The notes under the pieces are model-generated. The model saw only the letters and a program-made list of their open reading frames with translations. It made no database searches and was not told where the DNA came from. 13,205 bases of DNA, from contig JBDRBU010000037.1 of assembly GCA_043822305.1 (NCBI GenBank), positions 1 through 13,205 on the forward strand, in the 5' to 3' direction. The stretch comes from Candidatus Firestoneibacteriota bacterium. Lineage in GTDB: Bacteria; Oederibacteriota; D2-FULL-39-29; JBDRBU01. The translations under genes and the position numbers were made by a program. Below are positions 1-7,446 of the stretch, in pieces; the stretch's first letter is position 1, and each line of letters begins with the position of its first letter.

Positions 1-138
1 TTGCATCGGTTACCTCCTGATTAAGTTGGTTGTCATAAACCTAACTATATCAGTTTTCTTCGGTAATCGGTGCTTTTTTATTTCCCCTTATAGCTTAATG
101 CTTTCTCCTATTTCTCCCACATTATTTACGAATGACCC
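1..138 (-). mobile_element. Possible terminal segment of an IS element: candidate terminal inverted repeat GGGTCATTCGTAAATAA (138-122) plus the start of a minus-strand gene (ATG at 6-4) running out of the window
   Basis: The minus strand reads AGGAGG-taaccg-ATG CAA at the window edge, a strong RBS and start. The frame of the adjacent hydrolase is closed by TGA at 133-135 but open from 136 on, and its ATG157 has no RBS. The GGG-starting end resembles IS termini I recall (IS5/IS1182-like). No transposase sequence is visible. Confidence 0.35.
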
Positions 139-156
139 ATATTTTATGCTGTCCCG

Positions 157-1449
157 ATGGATGGACAAAAAGCTGCCAAAAGTGCGAATAACATTGTATT
201 TTGTGCACCTTATGTCGGGGAAACGGAATTTTTTAAACGCGGTTTTAACAATTATTTTGTTGGAAAACTTGGGTGTACGGTTTTTACTTTTGAGTATAAG
301 TACAAGTCTGAGGATACCAGAAACAGGCAGAAATGGTACTATTATAAAGAATCCGGATGGCATGATTTTATTTTTAAAGTTCAGGAAAAATTAATTGAAG
401 ATTATGGACTTGAAAAAAGAAAACTTTTAATTGTCGGAGAATCCGGTGGTGGATCAATGGGCCAGCAGATGGGAATTTACAATTCTGATAAAGTGGATGC
501 AGTAGCATCAATTGGTGGTGAAAAATATGATAGACCAAAAGAAAGGTCGAATGTTACCTGGCTTATGATAAATACTTGGGGAGATAAAGTAACAGAAGCA
601 AATGATGAATTTTCAGGTCAAAGCTCTGCGATAGGGATGCAGGTTATAAGGGCTTTGACACCACCTGACTGGTCGAAAAAAACCGATAAGCAATATAGAC
701 ATATCCCAGGGAAAAAGGCGGAAGAACTTATTTTCGAATTTATAAAGGGGATTATTGACCTTAGGGATAATAACAATGGTGTACTGCCGGAAGTTGAGAA
801 ATGGCCGGAAAGTAGAAAGGAAACAGAAAATAAACATATATTTTTCCCATCAAAAAGTTTTCAGAAATTGATGGAAACTTTGCCACAAGATGAAATCATG
901 ACAATGATAGACGGTGATTTTTGGAAGATAAATGTTTGTGAGTTTAATAAGGAAAGTGGAGATATAATTGTATTTATCCATGATCCTGATTTTGACTCAA
1001 CTGAGGCGATGGATGATGTTTATTACCTGTCAGAACAGGGATTGACGGTATTTGCAACCCCTGTGTACGGTGAGTGCGAAACAGACAGACCAAGAATTAA
1101 AAAAGTAATAGAAACGGCATTACAATCAGGAAAGAAAAGAAATAAGAAGATTAAAATTATTGGGATGCTTGAATCCGGATATCTTTGTCTTGAAGAGGCT
1201 TCAAGTTTAAATGATGGAAACATTGACAGAGTGACAATAATAAATCCTAAGGTGCCAAAATGCTCAAAAAAAGCTGATTTTAAGGATAAGACCTTGAAAG
1301 TAAGATGTAAATTTATTTATTCTGCCGCTTATGAAAACAACAAAGACGATTTTCTTGGACCAAGAGTATCTTATGAAATAACAAACGCATCAAAGAATTT
1401 TGGTACAAAATGGTTTCCACTCCTTTTAAAAATAGCAAAAGATAAATAG
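157..1449 (+). CDS. Alpha/beta-hydrolase-fold protein with two tandem domains, probably missing its N-terminus
   Basis: 430-aa ORF. Nucleophile elbow LLIVGESGGGSMG (GxSxG, nt 436-450), candidate acid in INTWGD and candidate His in RHIPG. The C-terminal half repeats the pattern (IIVFIHD...IKIIGMLESGYLC...VTIINP) without GxSxG. Confidence 0.7.
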   Translation: MDGQKAAKSANNIVFCAPYVGETEFFKRGFNNYFVGKLGCTVFTFEYKYKSEDTRNRQKWYYYKESGWHDFIFKVQEKLIEDYGLEKRKLLIVGESGGGSMGQQMGIYNSDKVDAVASIGGEKYDRPKERSNVTWLMINTWGDKVTEANDEFSGQSSAIGMQVIRALTPPDWSKKTDKQYRHIPGKKAEELIFEFIKGIIDLRDNNNGVLPEVEKWPESRKETENKHIFFPSKSFQKLMETLPQDEIMTMIDGDFWKINVCEFNKESGDIIVFIHDPDFDSTEAMDDVYYLSEQGLTVFATPVYGECETDRPRIKKVIETALQSGKKRNKKIKIIGMLESGYLCLEEASSLNDGNIDRVTIINPKVPKCSKKADFKDKTLKVRCKFIYSAAYENNKDDFLGPRVSYEITNASKNFGTKWFPLLLKIAKDK

Positions 1450-1459
1450 TTTAAAATAA

Positions 1460-2836
1460 TCAGCAATTAATCTTTCTCAAAAATCCACTAATTTCCTTCT
1501 TAATCTCATTTGCAATTTTTAATGATTTGTTGTGTGAATTAGATTCTACAAATATACGTAAAATAGGTTCAGTGTTTGATTGTCTTATATTAATTTTTAA
1601 ACCATTTTTTGTAATTGTTAAACCATCTGTTAAATCTAATATTTCATTTTTGTATTTCTCTTTTAAAATGTTGAGTATTTTGTAAGAATCTTTTGATAAA
1701 CAGGTTAATTTTTCCTTTGTCATATAATATCTTGGAATTTCCAAGGAAAGTTCTTTTATGCTTTTGTTTGTTTCTGCCATATATTGTAGTATTAAAGCAA
1801 TACCTACCAGACTATCTCTAACATAGTGAATTTTTGGATATATTATTCCCCCATTACCTTCTCCCCCGATTATTGCTTTTTCGCGTAACATTTCTTCGGC
1901 AACATAAACTTCTCCAACTTTTGTTCTAATTAGTTTAGAGTTGTATCTTTTAGTAATATCTTCGATGGCTTGTGTCGTGACAATATTTACAACGACGGTA
2001 CTCTCAGGATAATTTTTTAGTATAAAATTTGAGACTAAACATATTGAGTATTCTTCACCCAGATAATGACCATCTTCATCTATGATTGCAATTCTATCTG
2101 CATCTGCATCCTGAGCAAATCCTATATTTGCTTTAACTTTTTTTACTGTTTTACATAATTCTTGCAAGTTTATGAATATTGGCTCAGGGTTATGTGGAAA
2201 TAAACCATTTGGTTCACAATGGATTTTTATAACTTCACATCCAAGTTTTTCAAGTAGTATTGGAGTTATTATTGCCCCAGCACCATTACAGCTATCTATG
2301 GCTACTTTAAATTTTTTCTTCCTTATAAGTCTGACATCAATATTTTCTAAGATTTTTTTTATATGTTTTTCAACTGCTTCATCGTTTTTAGAAACTGAAT
2401 GTAAGTTATCCCACCTTGCTTTTTTAAATGCTCCTTGATAATATATATTTAAAAGTTGTTTTCCTTCCTCGTCATTTAGAAATATCCCATTTCCTTTTAA
2501 GAATTTTAAAGCATTCCATTCAACAGGATTGTGACTTCCTGTTATTATTATTCCGCCATCGGCTTTTAAACTTCTGACCATTATTGAACAAGATGGAGAT
2601 GTACAAATATCAAGGTCTACAACTTCACACCCTGTTGAGATAAGTCCAGCTAAAACAGAATGTTTAATCATTACACCGGAAACTCTTGTATCTCTACCGA
2701 CGACAATCTTGCCAGAATTCATATATGTTCCAAAAGCAACCCCTAATCTGGTTACAAGCTCCGGTGTTAAAGTTTCACCAACAATACCCCTAATACCTGA
2801 AACACCAATCATTAAAGTTACTTTTTCTATACTCAT
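1460..2836 (-). CDS. Alpha-D-phosphohexomutase (phosphoglucosamine mutase / phosphomannomutase family)
   Basis: N-terminal SGIRG, GRDTR, phosphoserine loop TGSHNP, metal loop DADADR, sugar loop GGEGNGG, C-terminal RQSNTEPILRI. RBS-like AGGGTG upstream. GlmM versus ManB specificity cannot be resolved. Confidence 0.93.
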   Translation of the reverse strand: MSIEKVTLMIGVSGIRGIVGETLTPELVTRLGVAFGTYMNSGKIVVGRDTRVSGVMIKHSVLAGLISTGCEVVDLDICTSPSCSIMVRSLKADGGIIITGSHNPVEWNALKFLKGNGIFLNDEEGKQLLNIYYQGAFKKARWDNLHSVSKNDEAVEKHIKKILENIDVRLIRKKKFKVAIDSCNGAGAIITPILLEKLGCEVIKIHCEPNGLFPHNPEPIFINLQELCKTVKKVKANIGFAQDADADRIAIIDEDGHYLGEEYSICLVSNFILKNYPESTVVVNIVTTQAIEDITKRYNSKLIRTKVGEVYVAEEMLREKAIIGGEGNGGIIYPKIHYVRDSLVGIALILQYMAETNKSIKELSLEIPRYYMTKEKLTCLSKDSYKILNILKEKYKNEILDLTDGLTITKNGLKINIRQSNTEPILRIFVESNSHNKSLKIANEIKKEISGFLRKINC

Positions 2837-2848
2837 ATTTTCACCCTT

Positions 2849-4135
2849 TTAAATGCTTATTTTAAGTATCACTTTTGCAAGTTTTTCTGAATTATGTCTA
2901 ATAAGATTATTTTCAATAGAAAGAAATTTTTCTTTAATTAATATTATATCATATTTTTTGAGGTTTTTTTCATCTATTTTAACAGGATAAGAATTCTCTT
3001 TTTTGTATCTATTTAATAAGATGGCAGGAATTTTTTCGATATTAACTATTACATACTGTATTATATTGTAACCAGTATGGTCAATAATTGCTTTTATATG
3101 GTCGCTAAGTTTGTAATTACTTGTTTCGCCTGGCTGAGTCATTATATTACAAACATAAATTTTTTTAGCCTTAGAATGTAAAATTTCTTTTGTTATATCT
3201 TTCACAAGCAAGTTCGGAATAATACTTGTATATAAACTACCCGGTCCAAGTACTATTACCTTTGCTTTTTTTATAGAGATTATTGCTTTATTTGACGGAA
3301 GAGGAGACACTGGATTTATAAAAACCCTTTCTATCGGATATTTACTATTTGATATATTACTTTGCCCTTTGATTGTTTTTTTATTTTTTAATTTAGCCTT
3401 TAATATTATTTTTTCTAAAGTTACCGGATAAACTTTTCCTCTTATTGATAAAATTTTACTTGATTCCTCTATTGCTTTTTCAAAACTCCCGCTTATCTTG
3501 CTTATGGCCGCAATAAAAAGATTACCAAAACTATGTCCGTTCAAATCATTATTTGTTTTAAATCTGTGTTGGAAAATCTTACTCATTAATGTAGAAGAAT
3601 CTGCTAAGGCGGTCATACAGTTTCTGATATCACCAGGAGGAAGCATCTTTAAATCTTTCCTTAATCTTCCGGAACTTCCTCCATCATCGGCTACGGTTAC
3701 GATAGCCGATATATTACTTGTATATAATTTTAATCCTTTTAGTAATGACGAAAGCCCGGTTCCTCCACCAATAGTTACGATTTTAGTCCCTTTACGTAAT
3801 CGAATTTCATCATATGATGCTTTTACAATATCTATTTTTAAAGGGTATAAAGTATGTAAAGTTTTTAAAAAGATGCTAACAGTATAATAAACACCAATTA
3901 TACCAATTATTATTACAATAATATCAATGGTTACCCGTCTTGTGGAATCGATAATAAAATCCCTTAGAGGAATAAAATATTTATCAAGATTTAGAAAATT
4001 TATTTTAACTCCACCCAGAACTTTCCCCATTATTCCGCTTAATCCAATTGAAAAAACAATAAAACTTAATATAAATAAAAAAATCCATCTTTTTAAGCGA
4101 ACTCCAGGGTATAAAAACCGGCTAACCTTATTCAT
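2849..4135 (-). CDS. yvcK: YvcK/GlmR (UPF0052, CofD-related, UDP-GlcNAc-binding) family protein with an N-terminal membrane extension
   Basis: Motifs IGGGTGLS, VTVADDGGSSGRLR, PPGDIRNC, GHSFGNL, GPGSLYTSIIPNLLV, CNIMTQPGET, RHN. The first ~110 aa carry two hydrophobic helices (FLYPGVRLKRWIFLF...). Confidence 0.93.
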   Translation of the reverse strand: MNKVSRFLYPGVRLKRWIFLFILSFIVFSIGLSGIMGKVLGGVKINFLNLDKYFIPLRDFIIDSTRRVTIDIIVIIIGIIGVYYTVSIFLKTLHTLYPLKIDIVKASYDEIRLRKGTKIVTIGGGTGLSSLLKGLKLYTSNISAIVTVADDGGSSGRLRKDLKMLPPGDIRNCMTALADSSTLMSKIFQHRFKTNNDLNGHSFGNLFIAAISKISGSFEKAIEESSKILSIRGKVYPVTLEKIILKAKLKNKKTIKGQSNISNSKYPIERVFINPVSPLPSNKAIISIKKAKVIVLGPGSLYTSIIPNLLVKDITKEILHSKAKKIYVCNIMTQPGETSNYKLSDHIKAIIDHTGYNIIQYVIVNIEKIPAILLNRYKKENSYPVKIDEKNLKKYDIILIKEKFLSIENNLIRHNSEKLAKVILKISI

Positions 4136-4141
4136 GTTATG

Positions 4142-4170
4142 ATTTTATCATTTAATTATACAAATTGCAA
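4142..4170 (-). promoter_or_regulatory. Sigma70-type promoter for yvcK-mutase: TTGCAA-N17-TAAAAT with extended -10 TG
   Basis: -35 at 4170-4165, -10 at 4147-4142, 17-nt spacer. AT-rich DNA raises the chance-match rate. Confidence 0.6.
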
Positions 4171-4177
4171 GTTTTTA

Positions 4178-4206
4178 TTGAAAATAAACGCTATATTTGA
4201 TATACC
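4178..4206 (+). promoter_or_regulatory. Sigma70-type promoter for the O-antigen ligase-like gene: TTGAAA-N17-TATACC with extended -10 TG
   Basis: -35 at 4178-4183, TG at 4198-4199, -10 at 4201-4206. Confidence 0.45.
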
Positions 4207-4208
4207 AG

Positions 4209-4268
4209 ATGTAGTTAAGCATCTTTAGATGCTGTTTAATGTCGGGGTCTAAAGACCCCTGACTACAT
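4209..4268. repeat. Inverted doublet of GTAG-type REP-like palindromes
   Basis: + strand GTAG-TTA-AGCATC-TTTA-GATGCT (4211-4233). - strand GTAG-TCA-GGGGTC-TTTA-GACCCC (4266-4244). The pair is bounded by ATGTAG...CTACAT. Confidence 0.75.
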
Positions 4269-4278
4269 TACAAAAATC

Positions 4279-5991
4279 ATGATAATAATATTAATATCTT
4301 TTATTCTTTTTTTTGGCCCTTTGATTTTTTTACGGGAGGCTAAGGATGCTTTTAGTGCCCCTAAAAATTTTTTAATATTTACAACTTTAGGATTGGTTTT
4401 TATAATTTTTGTTTTTAAGTTTTTGTCTAAAAAAGTTTTTGTTAGTAAAATTCCTTCCATATTCCTTTTGTTGTTTTTACTTCTGTCGCTTCTTTCTTCA
4501 TTATATTCTACCGACTATTTCGTTTCATTAAAATATTCTTTAGAGTTTCTTTTATATATGTTTTTATTTTTCTCAGTGGTTGATATTATGTATTCTGATA
4601 GAAAATACTTATTTTGGTTTATGAATGTTATTATATTTTCATCGTTGATTGTAGGGATTATAGGCATATTTCAGTATTTTGGTTTAAATTTTTTTATGAG
4701 AACTTCGGTTTCTAACGAAAGAATATACTCAACCTTGGGGAATGCAAATTTTTTGGGTGGATATTTAATAATGATAATCCCTGTTTGCTTGTCTATGTTT
4801 TTAATTTCTAAAAATACAGGTTTAAAAATTGTTTATTATTGGACATTACTTATTTTAATTTTTGTTCTTCTTTGCACGCAAACATTAAATGCATGGATTG
4901 CTATTTTTATTGGAATGTTATTTTTTGTATTTTATTATTTATTTTATTACAGAAAACACTTAAAACAGGTAATTCTGATAACCAGTGTAGTCGTTCTCTT
5001 AATATGCTCGTTTACTGTATTATTTTATCCGGAAGAAGCAATTAATAAACTGCAAAATCTGGGCAAATTTAATAATTTAGCCGAGCAAGGTAGATGGATA
5101 ATGTGGCGAAGTTGTTTAGAAATGATAAAAGAAAGACCATTTTTGGGATTTGGAGCAGGAACTTTTAAATTGCATTTTCCTTTTTATGAGAGCAAGATTT
5201 TGCATGGGCCAACTTATGAATCTTGTTCTTATATAGTGTCAAAGGATGCTCATAATGATTATTTGCAAATTGGAGCAGAATTAGGCGGAGGAGGTATGTT
5301 AATCTTTATAATATTCATTGGATTAAGTTTGATGGGAGGCATAAAACTTCTTTTTCGAATTAAAAATGATTCAAAAATTGTTTATATCGGGATAATAAGT
5401 GCGGTAATATCTTTTTCTATTCATGCCTTTTTCAATTTTCCATTAAAAATTACGCCTATTAGTAGTTTATTTTTTTTATATGCAGGTATTTTGTGTTCTT
5501 GTTTTTCAGTCGCTGAATTTTTTTCAAAAAGGAATGTTATGAAAGTTTTAGTACTAACTATTTCTTTAATCGTTTTATTTCTATCGTTGTTTTTATTTTA
5601 TTTTCAACTTATGGCAAATTATACATTAGGAAAGGGCATCATAGAAATTCAAAAAAAAAATTGGGACAAAGCGTTAAATCACTGTCATGATGCTTTAATC
5701 TTTAGCCGTGTTATTCATGTTGCCGGAGATTTTAGAATACATTATTATTTGGGTGAAGTTTTTTATTATAAAAAAATGTATGACTATGCAGTAGAAGAGT
5801 TTAAAGAAGAGATAAGAGCAAATCCTTATTTTCCTGATTCAAAGTATAATTTAGGACTTATATATCAACTTCAGCATATGAACGAAGAAGCAATTTTGGA
5901 GTATAAAAAAGCATTAGAATTAAGTCCAAATTTTAAAGAAGCAAGAGAGAAATTAGATAGTTTCCTACAACCATCCCCAAGTTTGAAGTAA
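4279..5991 (+). CDS. O-antigen ligase (Wzy_C/WaaL-like) family polytopic membrane protein with C-terminal TPR repeats
   Basis: Many hydrophobic helices. Motifs RIYSTLGNANFLGGYL, RWIMW...IKERPFLGFGAGTF, AHNDYLQIGAELG, HAFFNFPL. TPR-like C-terminus (HYYLGEVFY..., YNLGLIY...EAILEYKKALELSPNF). Confidence 0.88.
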   Translation: MIIILISFILFFGPLIFLREAKDAFSAPKNFLIFTTLGLVFIIFVFKFLSKKVFVSKIPSIFLLLFLLLSLLSSLYSTDYFVSLKYSLEFLLYMFLFFSVVDIMYSDRKYLFWFMNVIIFSSLIVGIIGIFQYFGLNFFMRTSVSNERIYSTLGNANFLGGYLIMIIPVCLSMFLISKNTGLKIVYYWTLLILIFVLLCTQTLNAWIAIFIGMLFFVFYYLFYYRKHLKQVILITSVVVLLICSFTVLFYPEEAINKLQNLGKFNNLAEQGRWIMWRSCLEMIKERPFLGFGAGTFKLHFPFYESKILHGPTYESCSYIVSKDAHNDYLQIGAELGGGGMLIFIIFIGLSLMGGIKLLFRIKNDSKIVYIGIISAVISFSIHAFFNFPLKITPISSLFFLYAGILCSCFSVAEFFSKRNVMKVLVLTISLIVLFLSLFLFYFQLMANYTLGKGIIEIQKKNWDKALNHCHDALIFSRVIHVAGDFRIHYYLGEVFYYKKMYDYAVEEFKEEIRANPYFPDSKYNLGLIYQLQHMNEEAILEYKKALELSPNFKEAREKLDSFLQPSPSLK

Positions 5992-7275
5992 ATCTCCTTC
6001 TTCACGCCATCTGTTACCTATATCAGTGCGGTAAAACATATTTGGTATAATGATATGTTTAATAATATTATAAGTTTCCTTTTTTGCTTCTTCCATGGTA
6101 TTGCCGGAACCAGTAACTATTAATGAATAGCCAGAATTCCCGGTAAGTACCCAATCATTATCCACTAATTTTATATCACAAGGATGGATATTGTCGGATA
6201 ATGGCTTTTTAAAAATCACAACAGCATCTTCAGAATATTTTTGAAATGCTTGTGGGTCAATAAATGGAAAAGGCGGGACAGCAATAACTACTCCAATCTG
6301 GAATCCTTTTTTAACTTTTAAATTGAAATTTTCTCCTTTGGCCAGATCAATAAAAAAATCACTCCATTTGCTTTGAACACCTTCCATTTGTATGTTTATG
6401 GTTGGATAGCCGAAACGAGAAGTTATTTCTAAGGGATAAGCCCCTCTAGAATTAACTATGCAGTTAACATCAAAGTAACCAATGAAGTTGCTTTTTGCAA
6501 GTTTATCTTTCATTTTAAGAATTGTTTCACTTATAAGTCGGTTTGAAGAAGTCCAGAACATAGATGTTCCCATTTCGCCTGTTGTTGGACCAATTTCATC
6601 ATTAAACATTTTTTTATGTTCAAAATTAATGCAAGCCGGTAAGATAAAATCCTTTCCATTAAAAAATGTTCCAACAGCAACTTCTACTCCGCTTACATAT
6701 TTTTGAATCTGAAAACTTCTAATTTTGCTGGACCAAAAACGTTTATAACGTTCAAGTATAGTTAATAAATCAAGCCCATCTTCTTCTTGCCCAATAAAAG
6801 AAAGTACCTTGTCGTTTTGTGCTTTACCGTTAGGTTTTATTACATATCTGCCTGGATTTTTTTTAACAAAATCAATGGCCGGGTCAAATGATTCGAAATC
6901 CCAGAAAGGAGGAACATTTAAACCGGAATCTTTCATTTCTTGTTGTCCGAATTCCCTGTCTAATTCTAATTTGTCCGTATAAGTATTTCCACCTATAACA
7001 AGTTTTCCTTCCTTGCGGAGTTTGTCTGGCAGATTTCCAAAACCACAATCATCAAAAACAATAATATCTGCCCAGTCTTTAAACTTTTCCCATTCATCTG
7101 CTTTTTCAATAAATCCGTCTCCCACACTTCGTTCTGATTTATTCTGTGTATAAAATTTAACCAGACATCCTTCTTTAGTAATTTTCCAGGCAAGATCTGT
7201 TAAAAGTGCATCAAATGAAATAAATAAAAACTTTCTAAGGGGAATACTTTGAACCTCTTTTACTTGTTCGTTCAT
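5965..7275 (-). CDS. PurD-like (GAR synthetase-related) ATP-grasp ligase, non-canonical
   Basis: Aligns by eye with PurD ATP-grasp motifs: LELDREFGQ, YVIKPNG, QKYVSGVE, FEHKKMFNDEIGPTTGEMG, LEITSRFGYP, C-terminal MFYRTDIG. Lacks the N-terminal GxGGREHA loop. RBS AGGAG upstream. Confidence 0.82.
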   Translation of the reverse strand: MNEQVKEVQSIPLRKFLFISFDALLTDLAWKITKEGCLVKFYTQNKSERSVGDGFIEKADEWEKFKDWADIIVFDDCGFGNLPDKLRKEGKLVIGGNTYTDKLELDREFGQQEMKDSGLNVPPFWDFESFDPAIDFVKKNPGRYVIKPNGKAQNDKVLSFIGQEEDGLDLLTILERYKRFWSSKIRSFQIQKYVSGVEVAVGTFFNGKDFILPACINFEHKKMFNDEIGPTTGEMGTSMFWTSSNRLISETILKMKDKLAKSNFIGYFDVNCIVNSRGAYPLEITSRFGYPTINIQMEGVQSKWSDFFIDLAKGENFNLKVKKGFQIGVVIAVPPFPFIDPQAFQKYSEDAVVIFKKPLSDNIHPCDIKLVDNDWVLTGNSGYSLIVTGSGNTMEEAKKETYNIIKHIIIPNMFYRTDIGNRWREEGDLLQTWGWL

Positions 7276-7294
7276 TTATCATCTCCTACTATAC

Positions 7295-7322
7295 ATTATA
7301 ATCAAAATTTATTTTTAGTCAA
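7295..7322 (-). promoter_or_regulatory. Sigma70-type promoter for the PurD-like gene: TTGACT-N16-TATAAT
   Basis: -35 at 7322-7317, -10 at 7300-7295, followed by the AGGAG RBS. Confidence 0.6.
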
Positions 7323-7329
7323 GAGGAAT

Positions 7330-7352
7330 AATACAAAAGATTTTTTTGTATT
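7330..7352. promoter_or_regulatory. Inverted repeat AATACAAAA-N5-TTTTGTATT, candidate operator between divergent promoters
   Basis: Perfect 9-bp arms at 7330-7338 and 7344-7352, lying between the two -35 boxes and overlapping the rightward one. Confidence 0.4.
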
Positions 7353-7379
7353 GTAAAAAATTATTTATTGTTGTATAAT
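7351..7379 (+). promoter_or_regulatory. Sigma70-type promoter for the PII-gdh-gltB-like operon: TTGTAA-N17-TATAAT
   Basis: -35 at 7351-7356, consensus -10 at 7374-7379. Confidence 0.6.
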
Positions 7380-7409
7380 ATTTATAATTCAAATTTGGTC
7401 GGGAAAGTA

Positions 7410-7434
7410 AAAAAATAGGATGTGTTCCTATTTT
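7410..7434 (+). repeat. Short palindromic repeat, copy 1 (AAAATAGGA-TGTGT-TCCTATTTT)
   Basis: 9-bp perfect stem at 7412-7420 and 7426-7434. 7410-7433 matches the reverse complement of 11227-11250 at 21 of 24 positions. Confidence 0.65.
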
Positions 7435-7446
7435 AGAGGAGGAAAT

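Noticed and set aside
26..394. ORFs 26..394 (+) and 88..363 (-)
   Set aside because: They overlap the hydrolase in other frames, show no recognisable motifs, and cross the suspected junction at 138.
5965..7275. Calling this gene purD
   Set aside because: The substrate-binding motifs of true GAR synthetase are missing or altered, and there is no purine operon context.
7420..7446. Upstream PII start at 7420 (MCSYFRGGN extension)
   Set aside because: This ATG lies inside the palindromic repeat and has no SD. ATG7447 has GAGGAGG and gives the canonical PII length.
7276..7446. Known nitrogen-regulator boxes (NrpR, GlnR/TnrA, NtcA, sigma54 -24/-12)
   Set aside because: No convincing match found by eye.
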